Source: Ancylonema sp.
Lineage: Eukaryota
Direction of reading: 5' to 3'
NCBI GenBank assembly: GCA_050230475.1
Contig: JBFLGF010000073.1
Coordinates: forward strand, 48,749 to 68,748
Length of the DNA stretch: 20,000 nucleotides
Numbering within the stretch: the first letter of the stretch is position 1; the number at the start of each line of letters is the position of its first letter. The notes below the pieces were generated by a model. That model ran no database searches and was not told the DNA's origin. It worked only from the letters and a program-made list of their open reading frames with translations. Of this stretch, positions 1 through 14,280 are shown one piece after another. The position numbers were made by a program, and so were the translations under genes.

Positions 1-385
1 TGATGGGAAGAATTGAAGGGTCTTGGACTGGGACTGGCTCTGGAAAGAATGCAGACACAGCCTTCTTTGGTACCACCCGTGAACTGAACGCATTTTTTCA
101 ACAAATGACAACATTCTCAGCTCTCAGGATGACAATAAGGCTCATCAAAGTCGTTCATACCACAAAACATGTTACCATGCGTGTCATGTGTCTATGGAGT
201 TGTACACGCGTGTCTCTGTGTATATGTTTGGAAGCATATCTGTATGTTTGTGTGTATGCATGTATGTTTGTATGTGTGTATGTGTGTACATTAACATGAG
301 TGTGTGCTTGCATGTGTCCATGTATGTATCTATATATCTATGTATGTATTTACGCATGTATGTATGTATGTATGTAAGTATGTAT
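1..385 (+). repeat. Exact direct duplicate of DVR intron 3 segment 2248-2632
   Basis: Bases 1-385 read identically to 2248-2632 (offset 2247). The ORF track gives identical peptides for 3..299 and the end of 2142..2546. The two copies diverge inside the (TATG)n tract. Confidence 0.95.
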
Positions 386-437
386 TTGAATGTATGTATG
401 TGTGTTTGTATGTATTGATGTTTGTAAGTGTGTATGT
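215..437. repeat. Degenerate (TATG)n/(TG)n microsatellite
   Basis: Directly visible tatg/tgtg runs, which generate spurious M/Y/V/C and H/T/Y/I ORFs. Confidence 0.9.
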
Positions 438-438
438 N
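438..438. other. Single N, probable contig or scaffold join
   Basis: The only ambiguous base in the window. It separates the (TATG)n-rich duplicate from the 7 nt that precede the DVR ATG. Confidence 0.7.
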
Positions 439-445
439 ATGCGCC

Positions 446-3400
446 ATGTCGTCGTTGCCGTGCTGTTGTCCAGTGAGATCTGCTCCAGCAACCTTTTCCT
501 TTTTATGTTCCCGTCTCTCACCACATAGACCAGTCCTCGCCACTCAGCAATCAAAAATATTTTCGTCGCCATCTTGTCGTACTTCTCCTAAGCTTGGCCA
601 TCTGCATTCCTTCGGCGGGCTCTCCCTGACCCGGTCGCGACCCGTCCAAATCCCGCCCTCTTTCCGGACACAGACTAGACCGCTGTTCTGTAAGGCATCC
701 AGTGGCGAAAGAAAGCCTGCAAACTCCTCAGATTACCGTCAGAAGGCCGCAGAGGACATCCGAGTGCTAGTCGTAGGATCCACGGGATATATTGGAAAAT
801 TCGTCACCAAAGAGCTCATCAAACGCGGCTTCCATGTCATCGCAGGTACATGCTGTTTAAGGTCTGGATGTAATATAGGCTCAGCTATATGGTGAAGGCA
901 TGCTTGCCCAGACATATCCAAATGTAGCAGGTCAGCTGGGTGGTTTCTCAGACACTGAGGTGAAGGCTTGGAAGCTCGCTGTAAACTGCATCTGGTGTCC
1001 TGCATGCACGTCGACGAAGCATGACAGTTATGCAGTCAGTCTGTCAGTCTTCTATCATGGCTGTTGTCGCTAACACGGCCTTCCTATGCCTTCAAAGGCA
1101 TGCACTGCAGAAAAGCTGTCATCAGTCGTACATTGTCGCGATCTGTTCACTGACATGTCATGTATTTACTAAGACGGTTCTGACCACTGATTGTCAATCC
1201 TGTAACCCTGTAAAGCTTTGTTTGAGCTGTTTATATCCAACCTCCTGCGATTGTTTTGCCGGGTGTCACCTCCGCATGTCTGGTACTTCAAGATTCCATC
1301 ACAGGTCCCCGTTTGCTTGCAATATCACATCATCATCCTCATGATCTTTCTCCTCACCTTCATCATCGCCCAAATTCTCATTACTGCCATCAGTTATTTC
1401 CATTGCAAGTGCAATCACTGGCGTTATCATCATGAATACTAATAAGATTAAGCTGTTTGTCACGACAACCACAAACAATAACCTCTTGCCTTCTTCTTGT
1501 CTGCAGTTGCTCGTGAGAAAAGTGGCATCGGTGGCAAAGCCAGCTCAGAGCAAGTGGTTGCTGACTTGGCAGGGGCAGATGTGCTCTTTGCTGATGTCAC
1601 TGAGGAGGCAGCCCTGAGATCCGCAGTGGGAGATACCCGGGTGGACGTGGTGGTGTCATGCCTTGCCAGCAGAACGGGTGGCAAAAAGGTGTGAGGAGAT
1701 GATGGCAGGACTGCCAAAAAATTGGCATGTCCTGTTCCAGCACGCTCCGCAACTCCCATAGTCTCTCTTATCATATGAACCAAAATAGACAGCATGTGTG
1801 TGCTTCAGGCTGGGTCGGTCCAAGCGTTCGAGCAAGGTTCCATCCGTTGTGTTTGGGGTGGCAGGACTCGTGGCTGATTGACTATCAGGCGACTAAGGAC
1901 AGTCTGGAGGTGGGGAAAGCTGCAGGAGCCTCTCACTTTGTGCTACTATCAGGTGAGGAAGAGGCAGAGAGCTGAGAGCTGAGAACGAAGTGAGCATGAG
2001 AGACAGGAATGGGGTGAAGGTTTTCTGGAGGTGGTGTGCCATGGCGTGGCAATCAGACGAAAACCAATTTTTTTTAACTCATATGTATGTGGAGGAAAAG
2101 CGTAGTGAGGCATACATAGATGTGTATATACACATGCTCATATGTGTGGAGTGTGGATGGAGGGGCATGTAGAGTCAATTCATACAACGAGGAGTTGTGA
2201 TTTCTTGTGGAAGGTGCTGATGTCAGCAGTGATTGGAAGAATTGAGTTGATGGGAAGAATTGAAGGGTCTTGGACTGGGACTGGCTCTGGAAAGAATGCA
2301 GACACAGCCTTCTTTGGTACCACCCGTGAACTGAACGCATTTTTTCAACAAATGACAACATTCTCAGCTCTCAGGATGACAATAAGGCTCATCAAAGTCG
2401 TTCATACCACAAAACATGTTACCATGCGTGTCATGTGTCTATGGAGTTGTACACGCGTGTCTCTGTGTATATGTTTGGAAGCATATCTGTATGTTTGTGT
2501 GTATGCATGTATGTTTGTATGTGTGTATGTGTGTACATTAACATGAGTGTGTGCTTGCATGTGTCCATGTATGTATCTATATATCTATGTATGTATTTAC
2601 GCATGTATGTATGTATGTATGTAAGTATGTATGTATGTATGTATGTATGTATGTATATATGTATGTATGTATGTATGTATGGATGTATGTGCACCAATGT
2701 ACATTATTCACCATGAATTTATGTTCTGGAAGTGAGGAGAATCTGCATTTCACATTCATAAGAGACGCCACTGACCTGCACAGATGAGAACTTGTGTGGT
2801 AGTCCTCCATCTGCTTCACACATTGCTTGCGACATGCAAAGACCTCACTTACAAGACCCTCTCCCCTCAGTTGAAGCCAGTCGCGTGCAAAACAACCTGC
2901 TGAGCTCTAGAACGTGAACCAGCATCCATACTGATAGCACCATGCTGAGACTGAAACCTAAATCATCTGAACTGATCGTGAAGTGGGGCTACATTGTGGA
3001 CCCCCAGAGAGCCTCCTCCTCCTTGCTTCTGCAGCCATCTGTGTTCAGCCTCTGCTCGAGTTCCAACGTGCAAAGAGTTCGAAGAGGCACACAGCTGTCA
3101 CTCACAGCATCGTGCGACTGCCTTCTTCAAGTCGCTAGGGGGGCATGAGGACAACAGAAGGGTCAGGCAGTGATCGCACATGAACAGTTTCATGAAGAGG
3201 TGGCTCATGCGATGGCAGCCCATAGGGGAGGGCAAACAGAAGCATGGAATCCGAACACAGGTTTTGTTGGTATTGTTATTTAATTTCGAGGCATGAGGGG
3301 GTCATGCGAGAGAAAACAGGATTGGCTCATAAAAAAACAGTCGCCTGGTCTATGCCTGCACACGTGCAAACGCCATGAAACAGGTGGAGATCTATGTCAC

Positions 3401-4517
3401 AGCTGTGCGCCTGCAAGCCCGAAGCTGCTATACACAGACTGCATCACATGTGAGTGCGCAATGTGGATATGGAATTGGGTAGTGCAACCGAATTTTGATG
3501 TGGATGTCACATAAATCATAAATTTATATCTCAGAATTTTATTTATTTATTTTATATGAAACAACACTCGCTGCTACAACGCTCGCATGTTTTAGATGCC
3601 TCTAGAAACCTCTGTAAACTGTATCGGAGATTGCCCGAATTTGCAATACAAGGATTCTTTTGTACACCTTCACTCTTATTCTCCGTCATCAGTTATCAGA
3701 AAGCGGCCGAATTTCGTTAAAGTGTATTCTTTACACATCTGAAAAGCGTGCGCAGCAGAGAAATTCAAAGCAAGAGAGTTGAGGAATCTGATTTCTCTCT
3801 GTGCCATCGCTTCATCATCACTCTCGATAGCATCTCTATCATCTATGGTCTCCTACTGAATAGGAATGGAGTGTCATGAAGCTTCCGAGGGGGAGGTATC
3901 ACGACTTTCTCTTCTGCGCTACTCCATCTTCATGACATATCGTAAAATCATATTTTCACGTGACATACACTATCTCAACCCTCATGAAATACGATTTCCA
4001 AACCCTCATATGACCATCATACCACATCCTCGTTCCCATCATGTGGCACAGATTGCCGTGGAAAGAGGACTTTCATGCCTATTTTTTGAACTAGTTGCAT
4101 GACCGCTCGCTGTTATTTGTGGGTGAGCCTTTGCAGATGATGACAAATGGAATAAGGTTTTGCCAATCGGGGGCCCTACGGAGGCACTCACCCCTTTACA
4201 CCAAGGAGAGTTGTTGTTTTCCATAGTCGGCAAAAAGCCCAAGTTTATCAAAGTACCCATTCAAGTCATGGATTTCGTGATTGGGATTCTAGACAACCTT
4301 GGCAAAGGTTTTCCCCAACCTCGAAGATGCGGCAGAATTCGGCAAAATCGGTAGATACTATGCGGCAGAAAGTATGTTGGTGTATGACCCAGTCACGGAC
4401 AAGTACGATGCGGAGGCGACCCCGGGGTACGGACAGGACACTTTGCGAGATTTCTTCGAGAAGGTGGTGAGGGATGGTATGGTTGGACAAGAGCTGGGAG
4501 ACCAAGCCGTTTTCTGA
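446..4517 (+). CDS. DVR: 3,8-divinyl (proto)chlorophyllide a 8-vinyl reductase, chloroplastic (NAD(P)H-dependent DVR/PCB2); reading frame disrupted in this sequence
   Basis: Exons joined by hand at GT-AG introns. 446-845: Ser/Arg-rich transit peptide, then the Rossmann motif [22 protein letters not shown]. 1507-1688: VAREKSGI...[16 protein letters not shown]. 1865-1952: [29 protein letters not shown]. 3035-~3145: degraded [14 protein letters not shown]...[14 protein letters not shown]. 3384-3449: degraded VEI..YV..LCACKP...DCIT. 4137-4517: [24 protein letters not shown]...[17 protein letters not shown]...[10 protein letters not shown], with a +1 frameshift near 4298. The peptides match plant DVR as recalled. 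Confidence 0.93.
2462..2691. repeat. (TATG)n microsatellite in DVR intron 3
   Basis: Near-perfect tatg array at ~2603-2690, preceded by degenerate units. Confidence 0.92.
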
Positions 4518-4996
4518 CTCAATTTTTTTTACTAACGCACGTGTGCATTAGACGCTTAAGAATGTGTTGCCCTCGATATATTGTTGCTCACGCTCACATG
4601 GCATTATCGCTTTCGGATTTGGACGAGAACTATGTCTCGATGGGTCACATGGAGTGCCGACACAAGGCCATGTTGCTCGAATAATGGCTACCCACCTTTT
4701 CTTCCAATCGTCTACTATCAGTAGAGGTGTGTTTTGAATGATCTCGTTGCGCTCCAAAGTTTGCGCTTATCATTCCCATTCGATCAAAGTAGTTGCGACT
4801 CAGATCTCTTTTCTGGACGCCCTTATCTTGATAGACACTCTTCCACGATGCTACCAACCACATAAGTGTGCAAGAACCAACAACGAAAAAATGAGTGACC
4901 ATGAGAAGTAGGCGCAAAATATGTTGTGACACTGAAGTGCAACCAAGCAAGTGAGATATCATTACACGTACCCTTCACTCGACATTTCTAACTTCC

Positions 4997-7356
4997 CTAG
5001 AAAACCGGAGAGTCCTCCATCCACACGCCTCCCCTACCATTCTCCTCCAGAGCTCCATCCCCAAACTCACCATCCCGCCATCTCTTCCCAACTCCTTTGT
5101 CTATATCACTCCCCCGCTCCTTACCTTTCCGTTTCTCTCTCCCCACCTCCTGCCCGCGCCCCCCATTTCTGTGCGGACACGAGTCATGAATCAAACCCAC
5201 ACCCCTACCCCCATCCACCTCCGCTTCAGTGCCCTCGTAACTCAGCGTACTGGTTTTGGCCCCATGAGTACCATCATCCCTCGTCATTTCCTCTACAAGC
5301 TGCCTACAACCATATGCGGCAGTGCCACCTGTCATTCTCGATGCCAGCTCCGCGCCAGGCTGGCCATCCGCTGACGATTCCGGAGCCTTTCCATCCCCTT
5401 GCCGAATGAAAGTACCACCCCTCCCGATCCAACCAGGACATCCTACATGAGAGGCCGATCCAGCCACCCCCCTCTCTGACCCCAGCTGCCGTACAGCTGT
5501 CAATAAACCCGCAGTCCCATCCGCACCTTCTACAGCACCCCTCCCATCCCCCCACCTCCCCACCTTGCCAGCAATGCCCCAGCCTCTGATTGTAGCGGGT
5601 GACTGGTCAAACCCCTGTCCCCCTCTTCCAGCCTGTTGTTCAGCTGCCTCCATCAACTGCACAGTTGTTCCCTCACACTGAATCATGGTCGAACAATTGC
5701 TGTCCCCACCCGAAATTACCCCTCCACGTCCCATTCTGCCTGATTCTGTCATCTGCCCCATTCTGCCGTCTCGAATGCCTCCTTCCAGACCCGAAACCTT
5801 CTGCCAACTACTTCCTCTAGGGACCTCGTTCACTTCCACAGCCAAGCAGCCTCTGTCAGCCTCTTTTTGCCAGTCCCCATCCCCTCCCAGCCTCCCTGCT
5901 CGGATACTAGCAGAGCCGTTGTCTAGGTAGGGAGAGTGCACCATCAGGTCTTCCCCTCCCCAATCAGAAATGAGGCAGCTCGCCCTAGCCACGTCCAATT
6001 TGGAGTCATTACGAAGACGTGTGCTTCCATCGCCCCCAGCCTCCTCCACCGACCTTTTGTTATGAGGGACTGCAGGGGAGGGTGCCTGTTTCCCCTCTCT
6101 TGACCCGGTCAACCTGGTTGGCTTGGAACCAATCAGAGTGCTCCATCTCCGTAGCATCTTCCTCCATTTGCCGGCCCTTGGCCCGGGAACGATGGATTTC
6201 TGGGACCCCTCCCCAAACCTGCCAGATGCTTGCTCCCGCTTCCTCACCCGCCAGACGATAACCTCTGTTCTGGAAACATCTGCACCATCTAGTTGTCCAT
6301 GAGGAGCGGCAGGAATTTGATTATTATTTTGTAGGGAGTCTGTCTCTAGATGCCTACCCCTCCTGATATGCTCCAGTACAGCGTCATGATCAGGATCTAA
6401 ATAAATGCCAGGTGGCGCACAATTACAGGAAGGAAGATCAGGCAGTGGCCGTTCAGCAGAGGTGTCAACAGTAAGCCTTGCTGAGTGTGCTGCTCTTTCG
6501 GAGTCGCAAGGCGACAAGCTTGGTCCGTCATCGATGGTGCTTTCTGAACCCAGTAAGCGAAGGCGCTGAGGCGGAGGATGGCCACAGAAGTCTTCCTTGG
6601 TAGACAGGGTGGTGGGGGAGATGGGAGCAGCTGTTTTCTTATGGTGAAGGTTCTGGAAGCAGCTCCGTATAACCTGATTGGATGCAGGCGATGAGCAGAA
6701 TACGAAATTATACCTGCAAGGTGCATGATAGTGCTTCAGACAGAGGACGGATATTCTTTGTCTCATGCGGCCACCTGGTAGATCCATCTTCATCTTTCAC
6801 TGAGGCTGTTTCCTGTGTCGAGTATACTATTCGAGCATTCAGCTGTGAAGCGTTGGAGTACGATAGATGGACTCTTGATAACTTCTGCCCTGAGAGTGGG
6901 ATTGGATGTGAGCGCCAGGCTTCGTGTGAATAACAAACAATGAATAGAGACCACAACGCAGGATCATAGTTGGTTTACATAGACAAGGATCTCAGGCATG
7001 AAATTTTCCACCCGTCACCAGAAGTGCTTGGAATAGTGAGAGCTGCCAACTTTTATCCCCCGCTAAAAAGGCTCGACTTACAGCCACAACTTCCATGTAT
7101 CAAGATTTCTCCATGTCTGCCTCCATGTACAGTCAGTGCCAATGGAACCACACCGCATTTCTCGAATATTTTCGAATCTATAATATTGACGGCTTTTTCG
7201 TGAGGTAGCTTCTTACATGGCATCGAAGCGCTGTTCAACGTCCACCTCATCCAGACGTGGTCTAAACTTGTCAGCAGAGGCCGCTGCTTCGAGCTCTTCA
7301 ATGCCGTCATCACGACCATTGTTCACGATGGAGAGCGGCCGAAGCGCCCTCTCCAT
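4997..7356 (-). CDS. Uncharacterised protein (~675 aa): small N-terminal domain plus a long Gly/Ser/Arg-rich low-complexity tail
   Basis: Phase-consistent model: 7356-7217 (MERALRPLSIVNNGRDDGIEELEAAASADKFRPRLDEVDVEQRFDA, donor GTAAGA), 7116-7082 (IHGEILIHGSCG, donor GTAAGT), 6889-6714 (WQKLSRVHLSYSNASQLNARIVYS...SCTLQ, donor GTATAA) and 6673-4997 (within the 598-codon ORF). All three junction phases (2,1,0) match. The last acceptor is uncertain (40-nt intron; an alternative in-frame CAG lies 21 nt further on). No family recognised. Confidence 0.62.
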
Positions 7357-7533
7357 TCTGCAATGCTACTCACAGAGTGGAAAGAAACGTCGGTCTCTCA
7401 CGTGGAAGCGCCCAGCTCGCTTGATCGTATTTTGACGAGCATCATACAGAGGAATGGGCGGTGAATGGCCGGAGAGCGCACAAGGCTGAAAGCATGTAGG
7501 AACGGATGCCACCACATTCCCTTCATGGGATGT

Positions 7534-7571
7534 GGCGCGAAATTTAGTTCATTCTGGGCGCGTGGCGGGAG
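7534..7571 (-). promoter_or_regulatory. E2F-like sites upstream of the uncharacterised gene
   Basis: TTTCGCGCC (7542-7534, matches the E2F consensus TTTSSCGS) and CTCCCGCC (7571-7564) lie ~180-215 nt upstream of the predicted ATG at 7356. A CACGTG G-box is at 7399-7404. Confidence 0.35.
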
Positions 7572-9817
7572 CGGGTATTTGACGCTGTGCTTGAAGTTGG
7601 TCTGAGTCAGACGTCTGACGGCCGGCCAGACTCTGACCGTCAAAGACGGTGTTTACTCCCGTGCACGTGCTGGAATGTATGGCACAAGCATACTCTCAAC
7701 TTATGCTCTACTTCACTTCCCTTACATTTACAATTATCGGATCATGTTATACTATTCGCCTACTGGGGTTACAGGAGTTTTATCCTGCGGCTCCCTCGTC
7801 TAGGCAGTCTGCATGCGGACAAACAGCCTCCCCCGTAATCATTAGGTATATGACTCTGCTGGCCACTAGCCACAAGCCTACACCGCAAGCCTACACCGGG
7901 TTCCTTTCAGAGGCCATCACCTCCTCTTAGCGCTCGTTGAAGCAAGGGCTTCCAACCTTTATACCAAGCAGCCCTACCTCTGACAACCCCCAGGATAATG
8001 AGAGGCGGGGAGGGAGGGTGCAGGCTGCAGCGTCTGCCTTTTTCCCAAAATAATAAAATTGAAGGTGCATGTAGCGTGGGGGGAACCTGTGTTCTCTACT
8101 TCCAAAGGAGATATCGACTGTTTAGAATGCGGGTAGAAATATAGAGGAGGCCTTTCGATACTCCCTTGAAGTTGAATCCTTCGCTCGGGTTCCAAAGGTT
8201 GTCGTTTCAAGGGAAATGGCACATTGCCTTCAATGTTGTAGAGGCCAATCCCGTGACGCCATCTGTCAAACAAACGAAGATGTCCTCTCCTGTCTTCAAG
8301 CTAGTAACAAAATTTGAGTTTATCGCAGGCAATGTTGCGGAGTGTCGCATGGGCGGCACTCACCCATAAACGCCGATTGCTGCGATGCTACATTTTTAGT
8401 TCATAAATAATTAAAAGCTCGAGTGAAACGTGAGCATTGTGATCCCACGTATCATACGGGCTTGTCATCATTTGAGAGCTCACCGAGGGACACACTGCCC
8501 AACTCCTTTGTGCATAGTTAACAACTTTGTGCCATGTTAGCCTTTGAAAGTTGTCACGTCGCCAAAGTTACGTTTCAAACGTACATTTTATTTTTTTTAT
8601 TTTTATATTTTTTTGTTAACTCACTTCCTCCATCTACCTCCATTGTCTCTGGGCCCTATGTGCCACATTATAACCCACCCACACCAAGAAGGGTCATTGT
8701 CAAGCAATTGTAGTGGAAATAGTGGCGCGAATGAACAAATTCATAGTTAGGTGCTTTGTTGCAATAGGGGGTACCCCGAATCATCCCCCGAAATTGGTAG
8801 TGCAAAAGGTACACCAAGGCGGGGTGATATATTAGTTCACAATTCAAAACCAAACTGAACAAAGACCATGACTTTGTATCGGTGTTGCAAGGAAGGGATC
8901 GTCATCGTAACGTAGCAGTCGTTGGTGAAGAGAGTAAAGTGGTTGACATAAAAGCATGTGGTTTTGTGTATGACAAGGGGCTACAAGGTACTTCCTCCAT
9001 ATATTTCCACATTAAAACAACTTGCATTGGGATAGGTTTTCATGCATGTTCGGTGAATACAGGATTATCACATGTAGAGTTGGATGACAAATTAAATGTA
9101 TGATGGAAAGGGGTTATTTATAAAATAAGATTGAGACATAATTTCAACCTATACTATTCTTGCCCTCTCTACCATATAGGAGGTTGGAAAGGAGGAACGC
9201 TTCCGCAAGGATGGGGAGCGTTTTTGGCATGTGCAAAAAATCAATTATTTTGAGAGTTAATAAGCCACTAACAAGGGCAAGGACTCAATGGATTTTGACT
9301 CCATTATGTACGAGCACATAGATTTACAGTCCATCATGTGCTTGCAATATTTCGTTTCTGACACATTACTATTGCATGAATGTTGCATGCTGAGCAACAT
9401 GTTGAGATGTTTTTGTCAAGCTGTATGTATTTTGATGAGAATGTGACCAATCACAGAGCCCAACAAAAAGAGCAAGACGAAGTTGACCTATCATGAGTGT
9501 GCAATGCTTTGTGCACAACAGTTGAGTCAATAGTCATAATCCACAAATGCCAAGGATGCAACGTCTAGTTCCATGCCTCGATAATCACATCCGCCTTCAA
9601 GCCCCTTCTTGCACAAGGTTGATATACCTACCCACTATGAGACCAATCTACAACACAATCGAGAATTATGTACATGGATCTGTAGACCCACGCTTGTTTT
9701 TATCACATCACCAACGGGTTCCCAAAGAGAGACTAAATAAGCTAACCCTAATCCCCCTATTCCCAGTCCAACCTTCCCCAAACCTCCTCTCCCCGCGTTT
9801 ACTCGCACATCCACCAT

Positions 9818-13486
<3,669 letters not shown>

Positions 13487-14087
13487 CGAATGCGGTTTGG
13501 ATGGACGCCGTGCCGTATTGCTTAGACGCGGACGGAGCGAGTATAGAATTGATTGTCTTCCGTGCCGGAGTGCCTTCTGAACCTCCGAGACACGTCGCCC
13601 TGCAGCAGGAGGGGTAGTGTCATGAATGCTGCCTTGAATCAACGACAGTCTGCGTGGCGTTGTCCTGTTCGGTGAGGAAATTTCCGGAGCAGTAACAGGT
13701 CTGAAAAACGCGTGTGACTTCGAATGAATCCAGCAGTTCCCAGGGTTCGGAACAATAGGACCAATCAACATCGACTTATACGTGCATATAAAATTGAGTC
13801 CGGCTTGCCACCCAAGCGTTTCGATTTAATGGCAAAAAACTGGAGTCAGTCACAAGTGGTCTTCCCAATAGGAAGTCACCCAATCATAGCCAATCTCAAC
13901 CGTGCCGACAACCTGACAGGCCACGCGCCAGTTTGGGCTAGTCGGTGCTTCCACATCCGGCCGTCGAAGTAGCAAAGTATAACTTCCGTGTCCTTTGCGT
14001 GCAAGAAATCGAATTGACCGACGCACGACACGTGGCTATCCTCATGAAGTTTGCCGTTGACGTGCCGTTGACGCTGCTATTACTGCC

Positions 14088-14280
14088 AGCCCGAAGCTGG
14101 AAATGTCCCTAAGCCGTTATCACCCACCCTACCCGCCTCTAAACCTTCCAGCCTATATAGGGCACTCCCGGCCAGGGATGGGTGGTCTCCACCCAAGCTG
14201 GCCAGCCTGGCGTTATGACCCGTCGGTTGTTCGGCCCATTTGGATCGAGTTATGCGGACATTTTGCCGGCTTCGGGTGTA
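14088..14280. mobile_element. Putative MITE or DNA-transposon remnant with imperfect terminal inverted repeats
   Basis: Left arm CCCGAAGCTGG-AAATGTCC (14090-14108) matches the reverse complement of 14256-14276 (CCCGAAGCCGGCAAAATGTCC). The right end is followed by TGTA (TA-type end). An internal hairpin lies at 14170-14203. No clean target-site duplication on the left. Confidence 0.4.

Noticed and set aside
3..572. ORFs rich in M/Y/V/C or H/T/Y/I (also 2142-2819 and 18268-18510)
   Set aside because: These are translations of TATG/CATA microsatellites within intronic sequence.
4951..6261. Pro/Ser-rich + strand ORFs
   Set aside because: They are antisense shadows of the Gly-rich minus-strand ORF, with no independent coding signal.
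4997..6793. 598-aa ORF as a single-exon gene or retroelement ORF
   Set aside because: No gag zinc knuckle, RT, RNase H, integrase or transposase motifs were seen, and there are no LTRs. The first 40 codons are better explained as out-of-frame exon 3 plus intron.
13949..13985. TTCCACATCC resembling the plant snRNA USE, followed by TATAAC
   Set aside because: The match to RTCCCACATCG is imperfect and no recognisable snRNA or SRP RNA follows.
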